Made by a program: the position numbers and the translations under genes
Part shown: positions 17,005-24,318 of the stretch, in pieces
How positions within the stretch are numbered: the first letter of the stretch is position 1
How the letters are laid out: the number at the start of each line of letters is the position of its first letter
The notes under the pieces: model-generated
Database searches by the model: none
What the model was told of the DNA's origin: nothing
What the model saw: the letters and a program-made list of their open reading frames with translations, nothing else
From: a virus
Taxonomy: Duplodnaviria > Caudoviricetes
DNA length: 35,559 nt
Reading direction: 5' to 3' (one strand)
IMG/VR virus record: IMGVR_UViG_3300005077_000121
Span: 1-35,559 of that record

Positions 17005-19155
17005 CTATTTCGAGATAAGACCTTGGAGGCGTGTTTTTCCTCCGCGGATCATTGGTCCGATAAGTATCATGTCTCCCTTTCCGGAGAGCTTCTCGGCTCC
17101 GGGTTCTCCCAAGATTACTATGCTGTCGACAGGGCTCGCCGTGCGGAATGCTATTCTTGTGGGGAAGTTTGCTTTGATGAGTCCGGTGATGACCTCAACA
17201 CGCGGGTTCTGGGTCGCAATGATGAGGTGTATGCCGGCGGCTCTCCCAAGTTGCGCGATACGCGCTACGAGGTGTTCAACATCGGCTTCAGGTGACATGA
17301 GGATATCTTTTGCATCAAGTGCCTCGAGCATTTCGACAAGTTCATTCTTGTAGGCATCGTCCATATATGGTACGTGTTCTCCCAATTCCATCGCCTTTGT
17401 CGCAATTGCCTTTTTGAGCCATGGTGCACTTCTCGTTTTATATCCTTTTCCTCTTTTTTCCTCCGTCCGGCTTCGCAGTATAAGGTCTGCAAATTCGTCG
17501 ATGACGCACACTTCATACGAGAGTTCGTTCTTTTTTTCGCGTTTACTTTCGTTATATTCGCGAATATCGCTCTTTCCTACCTTTTCGAGTAGTTTGTACC
17601 TCCTCTCCATTTCGTCCGTTAAGGTCAGGAGTGCCCGTACTGCGTCTCTTGGATCGTGAATGACCTTCCCGTCGCCGAGATGCGCTTTCTTTGCGTAGCG
17701 TGCCAATTCTACCCGTTTCGGGTCTATGAGTGTGAGATGCATGGTATCCGGGCGCATTTGTGCGATGAGTGCGTCAAGCGTTGTTTTTATCGCGACGCTT
17801 TTGCCGGATCCTGTCGCGCCTGCTATGAGGAGGTGCGGCATGTCAGTGAGATCTATCGTCATTATCTCACCGTCTACATCTACACCTATCGGTATACGCA
17901 TCGTCTCGGTATCGAGATGCTCTTTTTTCAGCTTTGCAGTCGTGCGCTCGACATTCTCGACCTCGACACCGAAGTATTCAGTGCCGGGGATTGGGGTCAG
18001 GATACGCACCTCTCCTTTCGTTGCCAGCGTACGGATGATATCATCACGATGTTTTTGCACTGTGCTCATGCGTACTCCGGCGCTCACTTTGAATCGATAC
18101 TGTGTTACCTGCGCTCCGGTTATTGTTTCGACAGGTTCGATAGGCACACCGAATTCTGCGAGGCGCATCTTTATCCTTTCTTCCGGGGGGAGATATTTGT
18201 TCTCGACACGGTCGAGGTTCGAGGCGACGAATTTCTTACTGACGAATGCCATGTCCTTTACCTTGTGCATCACCTCTACGTCGCTCATATCAGCACTGAT
18301 GAGACCTTGCGCGTACATCATGCCGGCGTGTTCTCCATCGTACATATCCGATAGGTTCGGAAGGAATATCGGGTCATTTTGCAGGTAGCGTACAACGTCT
18401 TTGTAGAGATTATAGAACATAACGAAGTACGGACGGTGGTCGTATGGAACGGCCCAATCGCGTATCTGAGGGCCGCCGTCTTTGTTGCCTGTTCTTTTTA
18501 CCTCGCGGAAAAGCATTCGTTTTGGTGCTTCCCCAAACTCCTCTTTCACGAGGTGGTACATGAATTGGCTCTGTACGATTTTCAAATAATCCTCCGTTTC
18601 ATAGTCGGTAAACGATTTGACGAATTTCGTATCTATGATTTCGATGTCTCCGTTTGCGTTTCTTACGACAAGGTCCGGGCGTCCCGTTCCCGGGAGCGGT
18701 AGTAAATCACCGTCTATGGTGTGCATTTCTGCATTGAGTTTCTTTTCGCAGAATATCACCTCGTGATAGTTCGGTTCCTCTTTCCAGTAGAAGTCCATGG
18801 CCTGCGCGTACCCTTTCAGCATTTCCTCTCTCGATCCTGTTTTTCCGTAGTCGATGAAGTCATCGCTATGTTCGTCGAGGTATTTCAGACCATGGGCCAT
18901 TGCCTCAGCGCGCGCCTCTATGGGGTCTGCGCTTACGGAGATGTCCGGTTCTCCTCCGTAGTAGAGTTGCAATGCTTTATGACAAGCACTTCCTATCATG
19001 GATCCGACACCCCGCTTGCTGTCGTATACACCGAGGATTTCTTTCAGTTTGAAAATCATCGGATTACGGAGTATCTGTATCATCGAACTATAGCTCAACC
19101 TATCGACCGGAAGCATCTTTTCCGTACTCTTTCTCGTAGAGTCCGTCGTGGTCAT
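17005..19155 (-). CDS. PD-(D/E)XK (RecB/Cas4-like) exonuclease fused to an FtsK/SpoIIIE motor domain
   Basis: N-terminus LSYSS..GSACHKALQ..GRPDLV..EIIDTKF..QSQFMY; C-terminus FtsK alpha domain, PHLLIAGATGSGKS, LIDPKRVEL, VIDEFADL, GRAAGIHLIIATQ, GAEKLSGKGDM. Start is 19155 or 19116. Confidence 0.9.
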   Translation of the reverse strand: MTTTDSTRKSTEKMLPVDRLSYSSMIQILRNPMIFKLKEILGVYDSKRGVGSMIGSACHKALQLYYGGEPDISVSADPIEARAEAMAHGLKYLDEHSDDFIDYGKTGSREEMLKGYAQAMDFYWKEEPNYHEVIFCEKKLNAEMHTIDGDLLPLPGTGRPDLVVRNANGDIEIIDTKFVKSFTDYETEDYLKIVQSQFMYHLVKEEFGEAPKRMLFREVKRTGNKDGGPQIRDWAVPYDHRPYFVMFYNLYKDVVRYLQNDPIFLPNLSDMYDGEHAGMMYAQGLISADMSDVEVMHKVKDMAFVSKKFVASNLDRVENKYLPPEERIKMRLAEFGVPIEPVETITGAQVTQYRFKVSAGVRMSTVQKHRDDIIRTLATKGEVRILTPIPGTEYFGVEVENVERTTAKLKKEHLDTETMRIPIGVDVDGEIMTIDLTDMPHLLIAGATGSGKSVAIKTTLDALIAQMRPDTMHLTLIDPKRVELARYAKKAHLGDGKVIHDPRDAVRALLTLTDEMERRYKLLEKVGKSDIREYNESKREKKNELSYEVCVIDEFADLILRSRTEEKRGKGYKTRSAPWLKKAIATKAMELGEHVPYMDDAYKNELVEMLEALDAKDILMSPEADVEHLVARIAQLGRAAGIHLIIATQNPRVEVITGLIKANFPTRIAFRTASPVDSIVILGEPGAEKLSGKGDMILIGPMIRGGKTRLQGLISK

Positions 19156-19993
19156 AGTTTATGTCTTCGTTAGATTCTGGTAATTGTTTTTGTGTATGTA
19201 CCGCAGGTGCGTGAATCGCCTTTCCCGCCGCAGGTCCCTCAGGGTCGAGGAAGTGTTCGGTGTTTACTGTCGAGTCATTAAAATCTTCCTCCATTGCCCT
19301 TATGAGCTCACTATTCTTTGGTAGCATAGACTTCATCTGGAGTAGGACGGTCTTTTTCCACATGTGGAGTTCCGGGTCGTTGCTCTCTTTCCATGGTGAA
19401 TCGTCTTTCCCGAATGCCTTAGAGAATCGCTTTGCGTGTGCGAGTATGTCTTCTCCATTCATGTACTTGTAGACCGGTTCTCCTGACGGAAGTACAGCCT
19501 TGACGAATGCGCCGATGGCCTTGCCACGTGCCTCTTTGTTTTTGCGCGGATCCACTTTGTGAACCGGCACTCCGTTCTCAAGTGAGAAGTCGTCGTTCTC
19601 CCTCACTATTTCTCCTTGGATTGCGCGTACTCCGGCTCGATAGAATAGCGTCACATATCCTTGGTATCCCATTTGGAATTGCGCTTCGGGTACTCCGTGG
19701 TTCTTATATGGGATGATATATGCTTCTCCGGATACACTCGATGGTGTGAAACGGAACGACGCAATCATCATTGCCGAGTTCACCAGCGACAATGGCGTAC
19801 ATTCGATGAGCCGCGGGTTCCGGCGTATATGGTCCACGAATCCTGTTATGAACCGCATTGCGGCCTTTTGGTCTCCATCGTAAAAGTTTACAACCTGTTC
19901 GAGATATTTCTTTTCGAGGTTATGTTTTGCGATTTGGATTGGCGACAGCGCAGGTTTGTTCGGCGTCGTCGCCACATGGGTATTGTTTTGCAT
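19100..19993 (-). CDS. recT: RecT-family single-strand annealing protein
   Basis: NPRLIECTPLSL, GEAYIIPY, AQFQMGYQGYVTLFYRAG, SPW...MWKKTVL..LP. Confidence 0.9.
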   Translation of the reverse strand: MQNNTHVATTPNKPALSPIQIAKHNLEKKYLEQVVNFYDGDQKAAMRFITGFVDHIRRNPRLIECTPLSLVNSAMMIASFRFTPSSVSGEAYIIPYKNHGVPEAQFQMGYQGYVTLFYRAGVRAIQGEIVRENDDFSLENGVPVHKVDPRKNKEARGKAIGAFVKAVLPSGEPVYKYMNGEDILAHAKRFSKAFGKDDSPWKESNDPELHMWKKTVLLQMKSMLPKNSELIRAMEEDFNDSTVNTEHFLDPEGPAAGKAIHAPAVHTQKQLPESNEDINYDHDGLYEKEYGKDASGR

Positions 19994-20046
19994 AACAATA
20001 TTGAGTATAAATTACGGGTATATAATGCTCGACCTTTCTATCCACC

Positions 20047-20104
20047 ATTATATCCCCATGTCATATCCCAGTCAATGTGATTTCGTATGTTCGTATGTGG
20101 ATAA
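20047..20104 (-). promoter_or_regulatory. Strong sigma70 promoter of the recombination/replication operon with upstream perfect DnaA box
   Basis: TTGACT-17-TATAAT (20075-20047); TTATCCACA at 20104-20096. Confidence 0.75.
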
Positions 20105-20133
20105 CTTTTACTATCAAATGCCCAAATGAACAT

Positions 20134-20162
20134 AAAAAACACCGGAGCATTCATGTCCGGTG
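20134..20162 (-). terminator. Intrinsic terminator ending the early operon
   Basis: CACCGGA/TCCGGTG stem followed by T6 on the minus strand. Confidence 0.7.
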
Positions 20163-20173
20163 CTTACTTTTTC

Positions 20174-20392
20174 TTATTCATTCGGAGGCATAGATACGTC
20201 GAAGAGCTTTGGTTGTTCGGCAATGGAGTCGAAGGTACGCTCGCAGTTTTGGCACATCTCTCGTTTTGCACGATCATGATCGAACGCGATACGTTTCTTC
20301 CCGCATCCTTTGCAGATATAGGGATATACATGTCGCCATTTTTTATTTCGTGTTTTTCTCATATGTCTTTGGTGGGGGTCATATGTTATCAT
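20174..20392 (-). CDS. Small zinc-binding protein (CxxC...CxxC)
   Basis: CKGC and CQNC; start may be 20362. Confidence 0.55.
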   Translation of the reverse strand: MITYDPHQRHMRKTRNKKWRHVYPYICKGCGKKRIAFDHDRAKREMCQNCERTFDSIAEQPKLFDVSMPPNE

Positions 20393-20555
20393 TATAGGGT
20401 ATTAGATTTATTTCTTCTGAAACAATAAACTTTTCAGCACCAGATACAGAGTTCTCAAGCCGATTTATTATTTCTTCGCGCAACTCTTTTTCTTTTTTTA
20501 TCATCTCCTCAATTTCATTTAATAATTGCTCAAGTTCAGTTGTTGTTTGTGTCAT
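20379..20555 (-). CDS. 58-aa coiled-coil hypothetical protein
   Basis: Manual translation MTQTTTELEQLLNEIEEMIKKEKELREEIINRL... Confidence 0.5.
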   Translation of the reverse strand: MTQTTTELEQLLNEIEEMIKKEKELREEIINRLENSVSGAEKFIVSEEINLIPYNDNI

Positions 20556-20564
20556 GTATGTATG

Positions 20565-20750
20565 TCAATCTGAAAATGCTCTCTCGATACAAAGCCTAAA
20601 ATCATCTCTACGTATTTCTTCGTTTTTATATTCCATGAGCAGAACGTTTGTCGTTCCTGCATGTGGATTGACAGGATTGTCGATAAAGTGAGCAAGACGC
20701 ATTCCGTTTTCCGAAAATCCTTCTTCTTTCGTGAGATATAATCTTTGCAT
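20565..20750 (-). CDS. Hypothetical protein
   Basis: 61-aa ORF tiling the operon. Confidence 0.5.
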   Translation of the reverse strand: MQRLYLTKEEGFSENGMRLAHFIDNPVNPHAGTTNVLLMEYKNEEIRRDDFRLCIERAFSD

Positions 20751-20770
20751 ATGTATATGTTAGTTAGTTA

Positions 20771-20926
20771 TCACCACGCATGTCCGCACTTCTTGCATAT
20801 GGTCTTTTTAGTGCTCCATGCGTATACGTCTCTCGACCCGCATACAGGGCATTTCTCGCGAGTAAGCACCATGGCAAGTACCGTGAGGACTGCGACTATG
20901 GTGAGGATGGTTGTGATGATGGGCAT
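20771..20926 (-). CDS. 51-aa membrane-anchored zinc-ribbon protein
   Basis: Manual translation MPIITTILTIVAVLTVLAMVLTREKCPVCGSRDVYAWSTKKTICKKCGHAW. Confidence 0.6.
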   Translation of the reverse strand: MPIITTILTIVAVLTVLAMVLTREKCPVCGSRDVYAWSTKKTICKKCGHAW

Positions 20927-21023
20927 AATTATTCAGTTAAAATCTTGTAAACGTACTTCTTCTCCGGTAATATCTCATAAATCTTCTCTGCGAGTTTTTC
21001 TTGTGGTGTCATGATTGTATGTC

Positions 21024-21067
21024 TAACCTCTCTCCCCACGACGACAAAGCGTGCGTCGGGGGAAGGG
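21024..21067. repeat. 44-bp hairpin-forming direct repeat, copy 1
   Basis: taacctctctccccacgacgacaaagcgtgcgtcgggggaaggg, identical to 22175-22218. Confidence 0.9.
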
Positions 21068-21070
21068 GTG

Positions 21071-22163
21071 CTACCTAATAACATTATCTTGTAAATATTT
21101 TGGGACATTAATAATTTGCGTTCCTCGGAGGTAGAGATGCCCACCCACCTGCAGTCTCTCGGGGAGTGCGGTGATTTGCGTTTCTTCGAGGTAGAGATGC
21201 CCACCCACCTGCAGTCCCTCGGGGAGTGCGGTGATTTGCGTTCCTCGGAGGTCGAGGGTCGAGAGACCCACCCACCCGCAGTCCCTTGGGGAGTGCGGTG
21301 ATTTGCGTTCCTCGGAGGTCGAGAGACCCACCCACCCGCAGTCCCTCGGGGAGTGCGGTGATTTGCGTTTCTTCGAGGTAGAGAGACCCACCCACCCGCA
21401 GTCCCTCGGGGAGTACGGTGATTTGCGTTTCTCGGAGGTCGAGAGACCCGTCAAACAACACATTCTTTTCCATATTAAGAACATCTTTCTTGTCTTCCGA
21501 ATAAATATATCCTTCCTTTGGAATTATGACATCATTTTCCCTCATGTATTTATCACGGAATAGGTTTTTGTTTTCTATTTTATCAGCGCACCATACTACG
21601 TTTTTATATCCAAGGTGCTTCATTTCACTATCACGCATTTCCATACCCAAACTCTCAAAAAAAGTGACAACATAATGCACGTATTTTGGATGTATATCAC
21701 CATTTCCTTTCCCCTTTACTTGATTGTCTTTCTCGACAGTGCAATGTGGGTTATTTTTCTTATCACGAAGTGAGTATACCGTCGTATCTTTCCCATAGTA
21801 CGAAGCAACACAATGCCCCATAAGAAGTCCCTCTCGCTTAAATGAGTTTTCACCAATGAGTTTTACGAAACGGAAACCGTCTCCGAAGTCAAGGACTGTT
21901 TCCGTGTCTTCTGGGAGTTCTTTAATTTCATATGCTTCTTCGTTCATTTTCTCCACCCACTGTTTTGATTTTTCTAAAGCCACAGATACTGACATGTTCT
22001 TTATGCGAGTAGGAGCGTCTGGAGAAGCGAGCCAGTCGATGATATGTTCTACCTCTACTGTTGATACAGTGTCCTCTTTTTTCGCAAGGGTAATAGATAC
22101 CCAGTCATGGACATATTCCTTATCCGTAAACGCTTTTGCGTATTCAATGTATTTTGATACCAT
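21071..22163 (-). CDS. PcfJ-like domain protein with C-terminal 20-aa LRR-like repeats; frameshifted near 21250
   Basis: KREGLLMGHCVASY..YSLRDKKNNPHCTVE..QVKGKGN, then (GSLDLRGTQITALPEGLRVG)n. A 7-nt duplication moves the last repeats into another frame. Confidence 0.72.
21114..21450 (-). repeat. Coding tandem repeat, 60-nt unit, about 5.6 copies
   Basis: atttgcgtt at 21114, 21174, 21234, 21301, 21361, 21421 (spacing 60, 60, 67, 60, 60). Confidence 0.95.
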
Positions 22164-22174
22164 AATAGTATGTT

Positions 22175-22218
22175 TAACCTCTCTCCCCACGACGACAAAG
22201 CGTGCGTCGGGGGAAGGG
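22175..22218. repeat. 44-bp hairpin-forming direct repeat, copy 2
   Basis: Identical to 21024-21067; both copies end 11 nt upstream of an ATG. Confidence 0.9.
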
Positions 22219-22282
22219 AGGTGCTTTGTTGGTTGGTAATTCTACAGAGGCGCGAACGGTTATGATAATGTTCGTGTCCCTG

Positions 22283-22330
22283 ATAAAATCCAGTTTGTAT
22301 ACATGTCGCGGGGAGATGTATACAAACTGG
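22283..22330 (-). terminator. Long hairpin / probable terminator
   Basis: Perfect 15-bp inverted repeat ccagtttgtatacat / atgtatacaaactgg (22290-22330), followed by ATTTTAT on the minus strand. Confidence 0.6.
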
Positions 22331-22342
22331 GGTGGTTGGTTT

Positions 22343-22657
22343 TCAACCTCGGTAGAGGATACCTCTGGCAGTACGCTTCCACTCGTCGAGCGGTTCACCT
22401 TTCCAGCATGCAATTAGTTCACTTCGCGGATCCAGCCAACCTTGGTTGAGGACTTGCGCCAATTCATGCGGGAGAAGGTTTGCTGCGAACGCATGGAAGT
22501 TGCGGTGAGCGTTTGCGGGGACAATGACGATGTTGTGTTTGCCGTACACGTCATAGTTCCGCACATCTTCACGTCTGCTTTTGGGGACGGAATGGTGCCG
22601 GTCATACGCACGAGAGAAACCTTTCCGTTCCGCTTTTCTACGTTGCGCATGGTTCAT
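22343..22657 (-). CDS. Small HNH-like (His-Me finger) protein
   Basis: DRHHSVPKSR...HNIVIVPANAHRNFH; GGAGGT Shine-Dalgarno before ATG 22657. Confidence 0.65.
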   Translation of the reverse strand: MNHAQRRKAERKGFSRAYDRHHSVPKSRREDVRNYDVYGKHNIVIVPANAHRNFHAFAANLLPHELAQVLNQGWLDPRSELIACWKGEPLDEWKRTARGILYRG

Positions 22658-22905
22658 TGTACACCTCCGCACCGTGGGCATGTGCCGACACTATCGCGCC
22701 CGTATCCGACAAAGTATTCTGAAATCAGGTGCACCGTTCCGAATACGAGGTCTGCGAGGATGCGAAGCGCGGTGTGTTCGTCGCATGGTCTCCCGTCCAC
22801 AGCACCGTCTTTTACGGTATACAGAAACCTGTTTTCACCGTTGTAGGTGCACCGCACACCTTTATATACCTTCGAGAACTCGAAGAGTTGTCTTACGTCT
22901 GACAT
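22654..22905 (-). CDS. 83-aa hypothetical protein with C-terminal CPRC
   Basis: Perfect AAGGAGG Shine-Dalgarno 5 nt before ATG 22905; ATGA overlap with the next gene. Confidence 0.65.
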   Translation of the reverse strand: MSDVRQLFEFSKVYKGVRCTYNGENRFLYTVKDGAVDGRPCDEHTALRILADLVFGTVHLISEYFVGYGRDSVGTCPRCGGVQ

Positions 22906-22934
22906 GGTTTCCTCCTTTTTGTTTGTGTTATCGA

Positions 22935-23165
22935 ATATCCCGGAGGAGCGTGCCGATAAGTCCCCTACCGGCGGCCGTAGCCGTGGACTCACGCCCACCC
23001 TGCCGAGTCGAACGGCTGGGTGTACCCTCCTACAGGATATTCGATAACGTTTTCAAAGAACTGTGCCCGTTTCCGAGCGTAAGGATGTCGTCTGTCTCCA
23101 ATGCGCAAACTTTCGCTTGAGCAGGGAATGAGCAAGAGTTTCAAACAACACCCTTACGCTTGGGG
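22935..23165 (-). ncRNA. Candidate structured leader RNA: long hairpin, boxA-like motif and T-loop-containing element
   Basis: 22-bp stem (23073-23162) with three G-U pairs; GTTCTTTGAAAAC (23061-23049); GCCG-TTCGACT-CGGC T-arm-like hairpin near 23002-23017. Confidence 0.5.
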
Positions 23166-23228
23166 CGATTGGTATAGTGTTTACCTATATTAAACCTATT
23201 TTATACCTATCGCCGTTTGCGTTATGAA

Positions 23229-23441
23229 TTAAAATACCACTCTGTCAAAATACCATTCAATATCATCACGTCGTATGTATTCGTATTCTCCTTTGTCTAC
23301 GATTCTGAGAAGGTCTTTGTGGATTTTGTTTCGCTCGTCTTCTCTGGCTCGTTTCATAAGGACAAGCAGTGCAAACGTATTATTCTCTCCTTTAGGATAA
23401 ATACTGCTTTCGAAAGATTTTATGATTTCGTCGTCAGTCAT
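23229..23441 (-). CDS. Hypothetical protein
   Basis: 70-aa ORF in the early region. Confidence 0.5.
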   Translation of the reverse strand: MTDDEIIKSFESSIYPKGENNTFALLVLMKRAREDERNKIHKDLLRIVDKGEYEYIRRDDIEWYFDRVVF

Positions 23442-23466
23442 AGTTTTTTGAGTAGGGTTTTCATAT

Positions 23467-23634
23467 CTATATAAACAAATTTATAACATTCTTCGTGATT
23501 GCCCCCACGAAAAACCCGTCAGGCGGGACCTGTCCGGACATGACCCATGCGACGAACCCGACAAAATCTATGACCAGTATTGCGACGACGATCATGGTCA
23601 CCATATCTATATATTCCATCGTTTTTGCTTTCAT
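23467..23634 (-). CDS. Small membrane protein
   Basis: Hydrophobic helix then SGQVPPDGFFVGAIT; start uncertain. Confidence 0.55.
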   Translation of the reverse strand: MKAKTMEYIDMVTMIVVAILVIDFVGFVAWVMSGQVPPDGFFVGAITKNVINLFI

Positions 23635-23659
23635 TGTGTATGTCGTGAAAAATGAATAA

Positions 23660-23815
23660 TTAGTCAAGTTCTTTGCTCCAGTTGAATCCTCCTCGGTACT
23701 CGTCTTCTATGGCGCGCTCTGCTTCTTCTTCCGTCAGTCCAGATTCCATGAGCGCTTCCTTTGCCATTTCATCGAACAGTTCATCTGTCGGTTCGAGCAT
23801 ATCATCTGTGTCCAT
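23660..23815 (-). CDS. 51-aa highly acidic protein, first gene of the early operon
   Basis: Manual translation MDTDDMLEPTDELFDEMAKEALMESGLTEEEAERAIEDEYRGGFNWSKELD (19 D/E versus 4 K/R). Confidence 0.65.
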   Translation of the reverse strand: MDTDDMLEPTDELFDEMAKEALMESGLTEEEAERAIEDEYRGGFNWSKELD

Positions 23816-23860
23816 ATGCATGTCGGCGTAGGTCGCCACCCGCTATGTTGGTATAGTGTG

Positions 23861-23925
23861 ATTATATGAAATCGTACAAAATAATGCAAGCATGTCACCT
23901 GTGGATAACCTGAGTGTGATATACT
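23861..23925. promoter_or_regulatory. Divergent promoter pair around a perfect DnaA box
   Basis: Minus strand TTGCAT-17-TATAAT (23889-23861); DnaA box 23900-23908; plus strand TGATATACT (23917-23925). Confidence 0.65.
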
Positions 23926-23930
23926 ACGAA

Positions 23931-24021
23931 TGTGCCGGAATGGGTACCGGCATATAATTTCTTACGACGCATGCGGACGCGTATGCAAGAAAAAAACCGC
24001 CATGACATATGGCGGTTTTTT
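23931..24021 (+). ncRNA. Candidate small RNA of about 90 nt with three hairpins
   Basis: Extended -10 just upstream; stems GTGCCGG/CCGGCAT and GCATGCG/CGTATGC, then the terminator stem with T6. Confidence 0.4.
23990..24021. terminator. Bidirectional intrinsic terminator after the lysis module
   Basis: A7-CCGCCAT-gacat-ATGGCGG-T6. Confidence 0.85.
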
Positions 24022-24029
24022 CTCTGTCT

Positions 24030-24314
24030 CTATTTTTCGATCGCGGATCCGATTTGCACGAGAACCTTTCGAACGAGTCCCCACGCGGTCATAACCGAGC
24101 CTGCAAAGAACCCGAGATATTCGACGCTTTTTGCAATCGCGTCTATGAGACCGGTGAGCGTCGTTTCGTCGAGATTGTCGATACCGTAGAAGCGCACCGC
24201 GACCATCGCAAGCGGTATGAGCGTGATGAGCACACCGCGCACACTGAGAGACAGCTTCTCCGGATTTGCTGACGATTCGAGGATAAAATCTTTCATCGAT
24301 TTATTTGTGTTCAT
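24030..24314 (-). CDS. Two-TM holin-like membrane protein
   Basis: SSANPEKLSLSVRG, two hydrophobic helices, basic C-terminus WGLVRK; follows the lysin. Confidence 0.6.
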   Translation of the reverse strand: MNTNKSMKDFILESSANPEKLSLSVRGVLITLIPLAMVAVRFYGIDNLDETTLTGLIDAIAKSVEYLGFFAGSVMTAWGLVRKVLVQIGSAIEK

Positions 24315-24318
24315 ATGG

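Noticed and set aside
17005-18200. FtsK as a host cell-division gene or genome-packaging ATPase
   Set aside because: No membrane or gamma domain, fused to a nuclease beside recT, and the phage already has TerL and portal.
21114-21450. Regular repeats resembling a CRISPR array
   Set aside because: The units are contiguous 60-nt coding repeats with no unique spacers, and no cas operon is present.
21024-22218. Diversity-generating retroelement or integron
   Set aside because: No reverse transcriptase or integrase is present, and the two repeats are identical rather than differing at adenines.
22174-22413. 79-aa ORF downstream of the HNH-like gene
   Set aside because: It runs through the terminator hairpin and the 44-bp repeat and has no motif.
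22960-23030. tRNA gene suggested by a GTTCGACTC T-loop
   Set aside because: No acceptor, D or anticodon arms in cloverleaf order; kept only as part of a structured leader.
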